From contig NZ_CAXIBN010000001.1 of assembly GCF_964021735.1 (NCBI RefSeq), positions 5-64,004 of the forward strand: a stretch of 64,000 bases of DNA. The letters are read 5' to 3'. The notes under the pieces were generated by a model. That model worked only from the letters and a program-made list of their open reading frames with translations, searched no databases and was not told where the DNA came from. Position 1 is the stretch's first letter, and the number at the start of each line of letters is the position of its first letter. Position numbers and translations under genes: made by a program. Positions 32,254 through 42,313 of this stretch are shown in pieces. The DNA is from an uncultured Wocania sp. GTDB lineage: Bacteria > Bacteroidota > Bacteroidia > Flavobacteriales > Flavobacteriaceae.

Positions 32254-33247
32254 CTGCTTGCTTAATTAATTCATTAAACTTTATCTTATTATCTATAACA
32301 ATAGTTATTGGCAAATAAAACAATTTATCTTTTAAAGATTCGTACTGCTTTAATCGCATATAATCTTTTTCGGTAGTAATAATTAATCGTTGCTTTTCTA
32401 ATTGAAAAATTTCTTGTTGCGAAAACTCGTGATGATCTTTAAAGTTTAAATGTTCAAATCTCAAATCTTTAGCTTTTAAAAAATCAACTAAAGGTTTTGC
32501 ATTTGCTATTCCTGTAACCAGAGTAAAATCATACAAAGATTCAAGGTTTTTAGAAGTATCTTTAGAAAAAACTTCATTTGAATACGCAATTGAGCTAAAA
32601 AAAGCAAACTGATAACTTTGCAACTTTAATTTATTTAAAATTACAACTTTCTCAGCCTCTTTTAAATCATTCGGGCACTTAGTAACAACTATAATATTAG
32701 CTCTTTTTACACTACTTTTAGGTTCTCGTAAATTACCTGTTGGCAACATAAAATCTTCAGTATAAATATTGCTGTAAGTCGTTAACAAAATATTAAACCC
32801 AGCTTTTACTTTACGATGCTGAAATGCATCGTCGAGTAAAATAACTTCAGGTTTATTTTCTAAATTTCTTAAGTTTTTAATGCCATTATTTCTATCCGAA
32901 TCAACAGCTACTAAAACATCATTTTTAAACTTATTATAAAACTGAAAAGGCTCATCACCAATAGATTCAGCAGTCGAATGCACATCAGCCAATTGAAACC
33001 CCTTTGTTTTACGTTTATAACCTCGACTTAAAGTAGCTACATTAAAATCATTTTTAAGTAGTTTAATTAAATACTCAATCATTGGCGTTTTACCAGTGCC
33101 ACCAACACTTAAATTTCCAACACATAGCACAGGAAAATTATACGACACAGATTTTTTAATTCCTAAATCATATAATTTGTTTCGCAACCAAGTCACTAAA
33201 TAATATATAGGAACAAATGGAAATAATATTTTTCTAATTAGCTTCAC
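32243..33247 (-). CDS. lpxK: tetraacyldisaccharide 4'-kinase
   Basis: P-loop 'GNLSVGGTGKTP' followed by 'LSRGYKRK'. Its 3' end overlaps the convergent kinase gene by 11 nt. Confidence 0.9.
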   Translation of the reverse strand: MKLIRKILFPFVPIYYLVTWLRNKLYDLGIKKSVSYNFPVLCVGNLSVGGTGKTPMIEYLIKLLKNDFNVATLSRGYKRKTKGFQLADVHSTAESIGDEPFQFYNKFKNDVLVAVDSDRNNGIKNLRNLENKPEVILLDDAFQHRKVKAGFNILLTTYSNIYTEDFMLPTGNLREPKSSVKRANIIVVTKCPNDLKEAEKVVILNKLKLQSYQFAFFSSIAYSNEVFSKDTSKNLESLYDFTLVTGIANAKPLVDFLKAKDLRFEHLNFKDHHEFSQQEIFQLEKQRLIITTEKDYMRLKQYESLKDKLFYLPITIVIDNKIKFNELIKQAVKH

Positions 33248-33301
33248 AGCTACGAAAATATAATATTTATATTTGTTTTAAATCAATACAAAAAAAATAA
33301 T

Positions 33302-34396
33302 ATGATAGTTCAAGATGTCATAAACCATTTAGAAACACTCGCACCTTTAGTTTACGCCGAAGATTTTGATAATGTGGGGCTTTTAGTAGGTGATAAAAGC
33401 GCAAAAATAACTGGTGTTTTAGCCACTTTAGACACACTTGAAACCGTTGTAGACGAAGCTATTGAAAAAAACTGCAACCTCATTGTTAGTTTTCATCCTA
33501 TTATTTTTAAAGGTTTAAAAAAACTCACTGGTAAAAATTATGTAGAACGTGTAGTTTTAAAAGCTATTAAAAACGATATTGCTATTTACGCCATACATAC
33601 AGCTTTAGATAATGCTTTACAAGGTGTAAACGATATGATTTGTAATCAATTAGAATTAACAAATAAACAAATTTTAATTCCCCAAAGCAAAACCATAAAA
33701 AAATTAACAACTTATGTGCCAAAAAATGAAGCAGAACAATTACGAACCGCTTTATTTAATGTGGGTGCAGGAAGTATTGGTAATTATAATGATTGCAGCT
33801 TTAATATTGAAGGACTAGGAACATACAAAGGCAACGAAAATTCAAATCCAACTATTGGTAAAAAAGACATTTTACATACCGAAGAAGAAACTCAAATATC
33901 TATCACTTTCCCTAAGCATATTGAATCTAAAATACTCAAAACACTTTTTAAAACACATAGTTATGAAGAAGTTGCGTATGAAATAACAACTTTAGAAAAT
34001 AACAACCAAAATATTGGTATGGGTATGATTGGCGAATTTAAAGAAGCAATGGAAGTATCAAACTTTTTAAATCATGTAAAAACTAAAATGAATACCGCAT
34101 GTATTAGATATTCTGATTTCACAAACAAACCCATAAAAAAAGTAGCTGTTTTAGGTGGTTCAGGTAGTTTTGCAATTCAAGCAGCTAAAGCCTCTGGTGC
34201 TGATGCATTTATAACTGCCGATTTAAAATATCATGATTTTTTTATGGCAGAAAGCAGCATACTTTTGGCAGATATTGGACATTATGAAAGCGAACAGTTC
34301 ACAAAAAACCTTTTAGTAGCATATCTTACAAAAAAAATTACTAATTTTGCAGTCGTTTTATCAAAGACAAATACCAATCCTGTTAAGTATTTTTAA
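33302..34396 (+). CDS. Nif3-like dinuclear metal centre protein (with inserted domain)
   Basis: 'DNVGLLVG', 'SFHPIIFKG', 'IYAIHTALD', 'ITADLKYHDF', 'IGHYESE'. Confidence 0.9.
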   Translation: MIVQDVINHLETLAPLVYAEDFDNVGLLVGDKSAKITGVLATLDTLETVVDEAIEKNCNLIVSFHPIIFKGLKKLTGKNYVERVVLKAIKNDIAIYAIHTALDNALQGVNDMICNQLELTNKQILIPQSKTIKKLTTYVPKNEAEQLRTALFNVGAGSIGNYNDCSFNIEGLGTYKGNENSNPTIGKKDILHTEEETQISITFPKHIESKILKTLFKTHSYEEVAYEITTLENNNQNIGMGMIGEFKEAMEVSNFLNHVKTKMNTACIRYSDFTNKPIKKVAVLGGSGSFAIQAAKASGADAFITADLKYHDFFMAESSILLADIGHYESEQFTKNLLVAYLTKKITNFAVVLSKTNTNPVKYF

Positions 34397-34399
34397 AGT

Positions 34400-35179
34400 A
34401 TGGCTAAAAAGAAAGAAGTAACTGTAGAAGAGCGCTTAAGAGCTTTATACGATTTACAACTCATTGACTCTCGTATAGATGAAATAAGAAATGTTCGTGG
34501 AGAACTTCCATTAGAAGTTCGTGATTTAGAAGATGAAGTTGCTGGACTAAACATTAGGTTAGAAAAACTTATGGCTAGTTTAGAAGTAATTGATAACGAT
34601 ATTACTTCAAAGAAAAATCTTATTGAAGAAGCTAAAGCCTTAATTAAAAAGTATAGCGAGCAACAAAAAAATGTTAGAAATAACAGAGAGTTTAATTCGC
34701 TTACTAAAGAAGTTGAATTTCAAGAATTAGAAATTCAATTAGCTGAAAAGCATATTAAAGAATTTAAGGCTCAAATAGAGCAGAAAAAAGAAGTTATAGC
34801 TGAGACTAAAGAACGTGTAAAAGAGCGAGAAAATCATCTTAAACATAAAAAGAATGAGTTAGATGCTATTTTAGCAGAGACAGAAAAAGAGGAAAAAGCT
34901 TTAATCTCAAAATCTGAAGATTATAAAATGCAGATTGAAGAGCGTTTAGTAGCTGCTTATAACAGAATTCGCAAAAACGTTAAAAATGGTTTAGCGGTAG
35001 TAGCTATTGAAAGAGGTGCCTCTGGAGGCTCTTTCTTTACTATTCCACCACAAGTTCAAGTAGAAATTGCTTCACGTAAAAAAGTAATTACAGACGAGCA
35101 TAGTGGTCGTATTTTAGTTGATGCTGCTTTAGCAGATGAACAAAAAGCAAAAATGGAAAAAATGTTTTCGAAACTTTAA
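34400..35179 (+). CDS. COG1579-type coiled-coil protein with a degenerate (Cys-less) zinc-ribbon tail
   Basis: Long coiled coil followed by 'ERGASGGSFFTIPPQ ... TDEHSGRILVD'. This aligns to the usual C-G-G-C ... C-x-x-C-G-R ribbon, but Ser/Asp replace Cys. Confidence 0.65.
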   Translation: MAKKKEVTVEERLRALYDLQLIDSRIDEIRNVRGELPLEVRDLEDEVAGLNIRLEKLMASLEVIDNDITSKKNLIEEAKALIKKYSEQQKNVRNNREFNSLTKEVEFQELEIQLAEKHIKEFKAQIEQKKEVIAETKERVKERENHLKHKKNELDAILAETEKEEKALISKSEDYKMQIEERLVAAYNRIRKNVKNGLAVVAIERGASGGSFFTIPPQVQVEIASRKKVITDEHSGRILVDAALADEQKAKMEKMFSKL

Positions 35180-35203
35180 TTTTAGTTTAAAAACATAAAT
35201 TTT

Positions 35204-35232
35204 AAAAGCCTTTCGTAACGAAAGGCTTTTTT
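35204..35232 (+). terminator. rho-independent terminator
   Basis: Stem aaaagcctttcg/cgaaaggctttt followed by a T run. Confidence 0.8.
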
Positions 35233-35308
35233 ATTTAATAAAACTTTCACACACTAATTATTAAGGTTTTGTATTTTTATTCGTCTATTGAAAAAAAGAA
35301 AAACACAA

Positions 35309-35968
35309 ATGAATAAATTGATTCCTTTATTTATCGTAACCTTATTATTTAGTTGCCAAAACACAGCACAGGTTAACAAACAACAACAAGAAGTAATTAA
35401 TGCCAAACCTATAGAAGTACCCATCAAAAATGGCAAAGCTCGCGCTTATTTTGCTAGCGGTTGTTTTTGGTGTGTTGAAGCTATTTACGAAAGTGTTAAA
35501 GGCGTTGAAGAATCTATTTCTGGATATGCTGGCGGACATACAAAAAACCCAACTTACGCATCAAGTAATACTGGAAGAACAGGTCATGCCGAAGCTGTTG
35601 AAATAATTTACGATCCAAAAATTGTAAGTTTTAAAACTTTAGTTGATGTATATTTTGCTTCACAGAATGTTACACAAGTAAACGGACAAGGCAATGATAT
35701 AGGCTCGCAATACCGTTCTATTATTTTTTATCAAAATGAAACTCAAAAACAAATTATTCTAAAGAAAAAAGAAGCGTTAGCGAAAACATTAAATGCTAAA
35801 ATTGCAGCCGAAATATATCCTTTTCAAAAATTTTGGGTAGCCGAAGATTATCACCAAAATTACGAGAAATTGAATCCAAACAATTCTTATATTAGAAATG
35901 TATCTATCCCTAGATTAAATAGGTTTAAATCTAAATTCCCTAAAGAGTTTTTAAAAGAAAACCATTAA
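35309..35968 (+). CDS. msrA: peptide-methionine (S)-S-oxide reductase, lipoprotein form
   Basis: Lipobox 'LLFSC'. Catalytic 'GCFWCVE'. Start set at MNKLIPL (ATG 35309). Confidence 0.9.
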   Translation: MNKLIPLFIVTLLFSCQNTAQVNKQQQEVINAKPIEVPIKNGKARAYFASGCFWCVEAIYESVKGVEESISGYAGGHTKNPTYASSNTGRTGHAEAVEIIYDPKIVSFKTLVDVYFASQNVTQVNGQGNDIGSQYRSIIFYQNETQKQIILKKKEALAKTLNAKIAAEIYPFQKFWVAEDYHQNYEKLNPNNSYIRNVSIPRLNRFKSKFPKEFLKENH

Positions 35969-36043
35969 AAATAGAGATTTATACCTAAACTTTAGACTTG
36001 TCAGATTTTAAAAATCTAATAGTCTCTTTTATAAAATAATGAG

Positions 36044-36077
36044 TAAATAAAAAAAGCCTATCAAATACATGATAGGC
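36044..36077 (-). terminator. rho-independent terminator after secDF
   Basis: Stem agcctatc/gataggct with a T run on the minus strand. Confidence 0.7.
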
Positions 36078-36104
36078 TTCTCACTATAAAGAAAAAAATT
36101 TGAG

Positions 36105-39089
36105 TTAGTCGTTCTTCTTTTTTCCTTCTAATTTATTTACGGTATCGTACATTATTGGTGTTGCAATAAATAACGATGAGTATGTACCCACTATAACACC
36201 TACTATCAAGGCAAACATAAAGCCTCTAATAGAATCGCCTCCAAAAATAAAGATAGCTAATAAAACTACTAACGTTGTTAACGATGTATTTAGTGTTCTA
36301 CTTAATGTACTACTTAATGATACATTTACCACTTTATCAAATTTCCAAGAGGTATGCTCATTAAAGAATTCACGAATTCTATCGAATACTACCACCGTAT
36401 CATTTAGTGAATAACCAATAACGGTTAATATGGCTGCGATAAATGCCTGATCTATTTCCATGCTAAATGGCATAAACTTATAGGTTAACGAGAATACACC
36501 TAATACGATTAATACATCATGGAAAACTGCTGCTACTGCACCTAATGAGTATTGCCATTTCTTAAAACGTAATAAGATATAAAGGAATACTACAATTAAA
36601 GAGCCTAGAATAGCCCAGAATGAGGCTTGTTTAATATCATCGGCAATGGTTGGACTTACTTTATAATACTTCATTAAGCCAACCGTTTTCGTATCGGCAT
36701 CACTAATAAAATCTTCGTAAGACACGCCATCTAAATGTGGTATTAATGCTGTATATAATGCCTTTCTTAATTCTTCATCAACCTCAGCTCCAGTTTCGTT
36801 TACTTTATACTTAGTTGTAATTTTTAATTGATTCGCATCACCAAAGGTTTTAGCATCAGCACTACCGAAAGCATCAGAAAGTGTTGATGTAATTTCTGAA
36901 GCACTAACATCTTGTGCAAAACGTACTTGGTAGGTTCTACCTCCAACAAAATCGACACCTTGATCTAAACTATTAGTAAATAAAGATCCTAAACTTACAA
37001 TAATGAATACAGCAGAAATAATATAAGCTACCTTACGTTTCTTTAAGAATTCAATATTAATATTTCTAAATAAATTTTTAGTAATAGCTGTTGAGAAGTC
37101 TAATTTACCCCCTCTATTTACATACCAGTCTACCAATAATCTTGTAATAAAAATAGCTGTAAATAACGATGTACCAATACCAATTAATAAGGTAGTTGCA
37201 AATCCTTTAATTGGTCCGGTACCAAAAATAAATAAAATTAATGCCGTTAAACCAGTTGTAATATTGGCATCTAAAATAGATGATAAGGCATTTTTAAACC
37301 CATCTTGAATAGCTTCTTTTTGCCCTTTCCCTTTAACTATTTCTTCTCGAATACGCTCAAAAATAAGTACGTTAGCGTCAACCGACATACCAATGGTTAA
37401 TACAATACCTGCAATACCTGGTAATGTTAATACAGCACCTAATCCTGATAAAATACCAAAAATTAATAGGATATTTAATATCATAGCAACATCTGCAAAT
37501 CCACCTGCTTTACCATAGTAAAAAATCATCCAAAGTAAAACTAATGCTAATGCAATCATAAATGATTTAGTACCACTATCAATAGCTTCTTGACCTAATG
37601 ATGGTCCTACCACTTCACTTTGAATAATATCTGCTGATGCAGGTAATTTACCTGCACGCAATACATTTGCTAAATCTATCGCTTCGTTTAATGTAAAATC
37701 TCCTGAGATTGAAGAACTACCTCCAGCAATTGGGCCAGTAGTTACACCTGGAGCTGAATACACAATGTTATCTAAAACAATAGCAATTTGACTCCCTTGA
37801 GTAAATGCTTTACCTGTCATTTCTTCCCAAATCTTAGCCCCTTTTGCATTCATTTGCATAGACACTTCAGATTTCCCTGTTGGTCCAAATTGGTTACGTG
37901 CATCCGTTACTACCGCACCGCTTAATTGAGGTACATTTTCTCTATTACCAACTAAAGCATATAAATCTACAAGCTCACTATTCTTGTCTGGTTTGCCAAA
38001 TGCAAATTTCGCATAACGTTGCTCTGCTGGTAATAAGGCTCTAACTTGTGGTAAACTTAAATAGTTTAATACTGTTTCTCTATCTTTTAATTCGAAACTT
38101 GCTATAACTGGACCACCTTGATAGCCTTGACCTTTTATTAAATCGAATAATGGGTTTACTATTGCAACTGCCGTAGAATCTGTTTCAGCTTCTCCTAAAA
38201 GTGCATCAATTTGTGAATCTTCTGCATTTTCTTCATCTTGAGATTCAACACCTTCATCAACTTTATCAACTTTAACAATGTCTTTTAAAACCTCATTAGC
38301 TTGTACTAAAAACGGAAAAAATTGTTCGCCTTTATAAGCATCCCAAAACTCTAATTGTGCCGTACTTTGTAATAATCCTGTAGCACGCTCAACATCTTTA
38401 ACACCTGGTAACTCTACTAAAATACGACCAGAATTCCCTAAACGTTGTATGTTTGGAGACGTTACACCAAACTCATCAATACGTTTACGTAATACTTCGA
38501 AAGCAGACACTATGGATTCGTCAATCTTTGTTTCAATGATGCTTTTAACTTCATCATCTGTCATACTTCCATCAATCTCTCCATCTAAGGCTTTGGTATA
38601 AAATATATCTGGCGATGCTAATTTGGTATCACCTTTTATTTTATCAAATGCGATGAAAAAATCTTCTAAATAGGTATTTTGACTATCTTTTTGAAGCTCG
38701 GTTGCATCGTCTAATGCTTTGTTAAAAACAGGGTCTTTAGTATTATTTGCCAATCCTTTTAAAATATCCTTAACCGATACTTGTAAGATTACGTTAATAC
38801 CTCCTTTTAAATCTAAACCCAGATTCATAGCTTTCTGCTTCACTTCATTATAAGTGAATTTTGCTATACCTATATTATAAACGGTATCTGTAGCTATAGA
38901 TTCTAGGTAGTTTGTTTCTTCAATACTTCTTTTTGCTCTGTAGTTTTCTTCTGTATCGGCAACTTTATTTATAGCGATTTCTTGAGCTTCGCTCTCAATT
39001 TGATTGGCTTTGAATGTGAATGATAATTGATAAATACTTACCAAACCAAACAAAAGCGCAAATAATTTTACTAATCCTTTATTTTGCAT
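36105..39089 (-). CDS. secDF: fused protein translocase subunit SecDF
   Basis: 994 aa with two 6-TM SecD/SecF-type modules ('GLDLKGG', 'SVDANVLIFERIREE', 'LNDTVVVFDRIRE'). Confidence 0.95.
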   Translation of the reverse strand: MQNKGLVKLFALLFGLVSIYQLSFTFKANQIESEAQEIAINKVADTEENYRAKRSIEETNYLESIATDTVYNIGIAKFTYNEVKQKAMNLGLDLKGGINVILQVSVKDILKGLANNTKDPVFNKALDDATELQKDSQNTYLEDFFIAFDKIKGDTKLASPDIFYTKALDGEIDGSMTDDEVKSIIETKIDESIVSAFEVLRKRIDEFGVTSPNIQRLGNSGRILVELPGVKDVERATGLLQSTAQLEFWDAYKGEQFFPFLVQANEVLKDIVKVDKVDEGVESQDEENAEDSQIDALLGEAETDSTAVAIVNPLFDLIKGQGYQGGPVIASFELKDRETVLNYLSLPQVRALLPAEQRYAKFAFGKPDKNSELVDLYALVGNRENVPQLSGAVVTDARNQFGPTGKSEVSMQMNAKGAKIWEEMTGKAFTQGSQIAIVLDNIVYSAPGVTTGPIAGGSSSISGDFTLNEAIDLANVLRAGKLPASADIIQSEVVGPSLGQEAIDSGTKSFMIALALVLLWMIFYYGKAGGFADVAMILNILLIFGILSGLGAVLTLPGIAGIVLTIGMSVDANVLIFERIREEIVKGKGQKEAIQDGFKNALSSILDANITTGLTALILFIFGTGPIKGFATTLLIGIGTSLFTAIFITRLLVDWYVNRGGKLDFSTAITKNLFRNINIEFLKKRKVAYIISAVFIIVSLGSLFTNSLDQGVDFVGGRTYQVRFAQDVSASEITSTLSDAFGSADAKTFGDANQLKITTKYKVNETGAEVDEELRKALYTALIPHLDGVSYEDFISDADTKTVGLMKYYKVSPTIADDIKQASFWAILGSLIVVFLYILLRFKKWQYSLGAVAAVFHDVLIVLGVFSLTYKFMPFSMEIDQAFIAAILTVIGYSLNDTVVVFDRIREFFNEHTSWKFDKVVNVSLSSTLSRTLNTSLTTLVVLLAIFIFGGDSIRGFMFALIVGVIVGTYSSLFIATPIMYDTVNKLEGKKKND

Positions 39090-39133
39090 TTTGTGTTTTT
39101 TTGTGTTTTAGTTTCCCACTTTCGTAGGTATGA

Positions 39134-39141
39134 CAAATTTA
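39134..39141 (-). promoter_or_regulatory. -7 box TAAATTTG for secDF
   Basis: The minus strand reads TAAATTTG, 44 nt upstream of the ATG at 39089. Confidence 0.4.
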
Positions 39142-39289
39142 ATAATTCACAAGGCTATACCTTGTTCAAAATTGTTTTCATTTTAAAACGAGCAAATATA
39201 GAATTTTCTCGTAGGATTTTACAATTTTATGTTTTAATAATTTTGATAGCTCTTGGATTGATGATAAAAGCTAATTTTTATGAATTGAA

Positions 39290-39904
39290 TTAAGCTAAAG
39301 GTCCAGCTCTAACTTCTGGTATTTTACATGAAGTATTGTCTATTGCAATGGCAATATTATAATATATTTTATAAGCTACTTTTTCAATGCTTTCGTTTAT
39401 TTCAACAACATTAATAAAAGCGTATATATTTAGGTTTAAAAACCTATTGCTTTCAGCTTTTAACTCAACAACAGAAATGCCATTTAAATCCCATTCAACA
39501 TCACTTTCATTTTGAATTTCATAAATATCGAGATTATAGTTAATCTTATTTTTATCAAAAGGAAGTTTTGAAGAGTCTTGATTTTGATTATTAAAAGCGT
39601 AATCTAAAGTTAGATTTTTTTCTTTTGAAAAGGTCTTTTTTATACTCGCTACATCTGTATCACTGTAATAAGTTATTACAAGTTTTCCGTTTTCTTCTTC
39701 CTTTATTTTAATATTATTAACACCTAAATCTTGCAATTGCTTTTTTACAATGGCAACAGTATTTTGAGTCTCCTCAGATGTTATTGAAGTATTTGTAAAC
39801 TGTAATACAATTTCTTGATTTGGCACAGTAATTTGCTGCTGAGAAATAGCACCAAATAGGGTAAGAATAATAATAAAAGTACTAATGTACCATTTTGCCT
39901 TCAT
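39290..39904 (-). CDS. hypothetical exported/membrane-anchored protein
   Basis: 204 aa from MKAKWYISTFIIILTLFGA (signal/anchor). The longer ORF in the track runs into the mdh terminator and mdh 3' end, so it was trimmed. Confidence 0.5.
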   Translation of the reverse strand: MKAKWYISTFIIILTLFGAISQQQITVPNQEIVLQFTNTSITSEETQNTVAIVKKQLQDLGVNNIKIKEEENGKLVITYYSDTDVASIKKTFSKEKNLTLDYAFNNQNQDSSKLPFDKNKINYNLDIYEIQNESDVEWDLNGISVVELKAESNRFLNLNIYAFINVVEINESIEKVAYKIYYNIAIAIDNTSCKIPEVRAGPLA

Positions 39905-39911
39905 GCGCCAA

Positions 39912-39946
39912 ATATAAAAAATAAAGACTGTATTTCTACAGTCTTT
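39912..39946 (-). terminator. rho-independent terminator after mdh
   Basis: Stem aaagactgta/tacagtcttt with a T run on the minus strand. Confidence 0.75.
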
Positions 39947-39977
39947 ACATAAATATCTAATTTTATAAGATTTAATT

Positions 39978-40904
39978 TTAAAACTCAAGTAAGCCATTAG
40001 TTTTCTTAACACCTTCTGCACTTTGTTGCATATGTGCTTTTTCGGCATCACTAAGCTCAATATTTACAATACGTTCTATACCATTTCTGCCTAAAATTAC
40101 TGGCACACCAATACATAAATCGCTTAAACCATATTCGCCTTCTAATAAAGCTGAGCATGGAAACATTTTCTTTTGGTCACAAGCAATAGCTTGTACTAAT
40201 CCTGAAACTGCTGCACCTGGGGCATACCAAGCTGAAGTGCCTAATAATTTAGTTAGAGTTGCTCCACCAACTTTAGTATCTTCTTTTACTTGATTTAATC
40301 TGTCTTCACTTAAAAATTCAGATACTTTTACACTGTTTCGTGTGGCGTGTGATGTTAATGGCACCATACCAGTATCGCTATGTCCACCAATTACCATACC
40401 ATCTACATCGCTAATTGGAGCTTCTAAAGCTTCAGCTAATCTGTATTTAAAGCGAGCAGAGTCTAGAGCGCCACCCATTCCTATAATCCTGTTTTTAGGA
40501 AGATTTGTTGATTTATGTACTAAATACGTCATCGTATCCATTGGGTTACTTACTACTATAATAATTGTGTTTGGAGAATACTCAATTAAACTTGACGATA
40601 CCGATTTTACTATACCTGCATTAATCCCAATTAATTCTTCGCGAGTCATTCCTGGTTTACGAGGAATTCCAGAGGTGATTACACAAATATCACTATCTGC
40701 CGTTTTACTATAATCGTTTGTGATACCTGTAATTTTAGTATCAAACCCGTTTAAAGATGCACATTGCATTAAATCCATAGCTTTACCTTCGGCATAGCCT
40801 TCTTTAATGTCTAATAAAACAACTTCCGAAGCGAAATCTTTAATTGCAATATATTCTGCACAACTAGCACCAACTGCACCTGCTCCAACTACTGTAACTT
40901 TCAT
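39978..40904 (-). CDS. mdh: malate dehydrogenase (LDH-like)
   Basis: 'MKVTVVGAGAVG', 'GIPRKPGMTREEL', 'IGGHSDT'. Confidence 0.95.
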   Translation of the reverse strand: MKVTVVGAGAVGASCAEYIAIKDFASEVVLLDIKEGYAEGKAMDLMQCASLNGFDTKITGITNDYSKTADSDICVITSGIPRKPGMTREELIGINAGIVKSVSSSLIEYSPNTIIIVVSNPMDTMTYLVHKSTNLPKNRIIGMGGALDSARFKYRLAEALEAPISDVDGMVIGGHSDTGMVPLTSHATRNSVKVSEFLSEDRLNQVKEDTKVGGATLTKLLGTSAWYAPGAAVSGLVQAIACDQKKMFPCSALLEGEYGLSDLCIGVPVILGRNGIERIVNIELSDAEKAHMQQSAEGVKKTNGLLEF

Positions 40905-41044
40905 AAGTTTATTTTTTAAATGATTTGTGATTTGTTATAAATTCTAATCAAAATTCATGCTTTTTATTTACTTAAAACATGACTTTTGTTTGTTTTAAAA
41001 GCTATTTATTTTGGTTAACAAAAGTATGAATTTAAATGCTGTAA

Positions 41045-41077
41045 ATGAAAAAAGTGCAAGATTAAATCTTGCACTTT
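41045..41077 (-). terminator. rho-independent terminator after the 41172-42206 gene
   Basis: Stem aaagtgcaagat/atcttgcacttt with a T run on the minus strand. Confidence 0.75.
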
Positions 41078-41171
41078 AAATTCAAATAACTAATATAAAC
41101 TAACTAAAACATAAATTTTTTTAATTATTAAAATATCTTTTTTTCATCTTTATAAAAAGAGAACTTAAATA

Positions 41172-42206
41172 CTATCTAAACCCGAAGTTTAAACCTACTG
41201 AAAATGCATTAAATTCGGCTAAATGATATTCGGCATTAAGTCTAAAAAAACCTAATTTTAATTTTGTCCCTATAGTACCTCTAACCGCTGATGCTTCACT
41301 TGAAACTGAAAAAGGGTCTGTAATAGTTTGAGATAATAATGGTCCATTTGAAATAGTATAACTTCCTAATAAATCGGATTCTGATTTACCTTTAATATAT
41401 CCTAAACCACCATAAAAATTAATGACAGGTAATTTTGTTGATGCAATTAATTGGAACAACCACGTATTTGTATCATTTTCTATGCGTTGATTATTACCAC
41501 TTATTCCAGATGAATCTGTTAAATCGTAAGTACCATCTAAATGCGTATAAGCTATCAAACCTGAAATGGCGACAGGCAATAATTTATCGGCAGGTAGCCA
41601 TTTGGTAAATTCCATTTGCAATCCGGCACCATACATGCTAATATCCACATCATCCGTATCAATTTTGGGTACAAAACGTGCTTTAACTTCTATGCCTTTA
41701 CTAAGTCCAATAGCTCCTTGAATAAAAGCTGTTGGTAATAAGTTTGCTGTATCAGAACCTATGCCACTAGGCAACGTTATGGTTTCCTGTTGCTGTCCTA
41801 AAATAGGATCATCATAAGTAACTACTATATTGATATCTGGATCATTTTCCCCTAAAGCTGTTGCTACAGATTTTGAAGTTGAAGCATCTGTAAACGAAAC
41901 AACAAAATCTTGGTCTGGATCACTATTGTAATCTGCAATATTCATTAAGAATGATTTATGATTATTTTGTATTGTAGCTGCATTAGCTATAATTGAAATT
42001 TCAAAACCTCCAAGTGGTTTTGCATCTGCTGTATTAAACCAACCAGCATTCATACTATGCATTAAACCATTGGTACCTGTCATTAAATAATCATTCGCAA
42101 AACGTTCAGCATTTTTTACACCTGCTGTTAATAAAGCATCAATATCTTGTGCTTTTGAAGTAATTGTCGCTAAAAACAACAACATAAGTAGCATTAACTT
42201 TTTCAT
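41172..42206 (-). CDS. hypothetical outer-membrane beta-barrel-like protein
   Basis: Signal peptide ending 'SKAQ'. Alternating amphipathic strands and an aromatic-rich C-terminus '...NAFSVGLNFGFR'. Confidence 0.5.
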   Translation of the reverse strand: MKKLMLLMLLFLATITSKAQDIDALLTAGVKNAERFANDYLMTGTNGLMHSMNAGWFNTADAKPLGGFEISIIANAATIQNNHKSFLMNIADYNSDPDQDFVVSFTDASTSKSVATALGENDPDINIVVTYDDPILGQQQETITLPSGIGSDTANLLPTAFIQGAIGLSKGIEVKARFVPKIDTDDVDISMYGAGLQMEFTKWLPADKLLPVAISGLIAYTHLDGTYDLTDSSGISGNNQRIENDTNTWLFQLIASTKLPVINFYGGLGYIKGKSESDLLGSYTISNGPLLSQTITDPFSVSSEASAVRGTIGTKLKLGFFRLNAEYHLAEFNAFSVGLNFGFR

Positions 42207-42229
42207 TTTATTTTAAGATTTGGGTTTGA

Positions 42230-42237
42230 CAAAAATA
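42230..42237 (-). promoter_or_regulatory. -7 box TATTTTTG for the 41172-42206 gene
   Basis: The minus strand reads TATTTTTG, 23 nt upstream of the ATG at 42206. Confidence 0.35.
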
Positions 42238-42313
42238 TAAAAAAAATCACATAAAACAACATTTAATCGTTAAAATATTACTTTTTATCGATTTTTTCAT
42301 AATAATTCCTTTT

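Noticed and set aside
39084-39293. Plus-strand 69-aa ORF in the secDF upstream gap
   Set aside because: The peptide is low-complexity and Phe/Ile-rich. It overlaps the secDF start and its promoter box and has no motif. This is a typical AT-rich spurious ORF.
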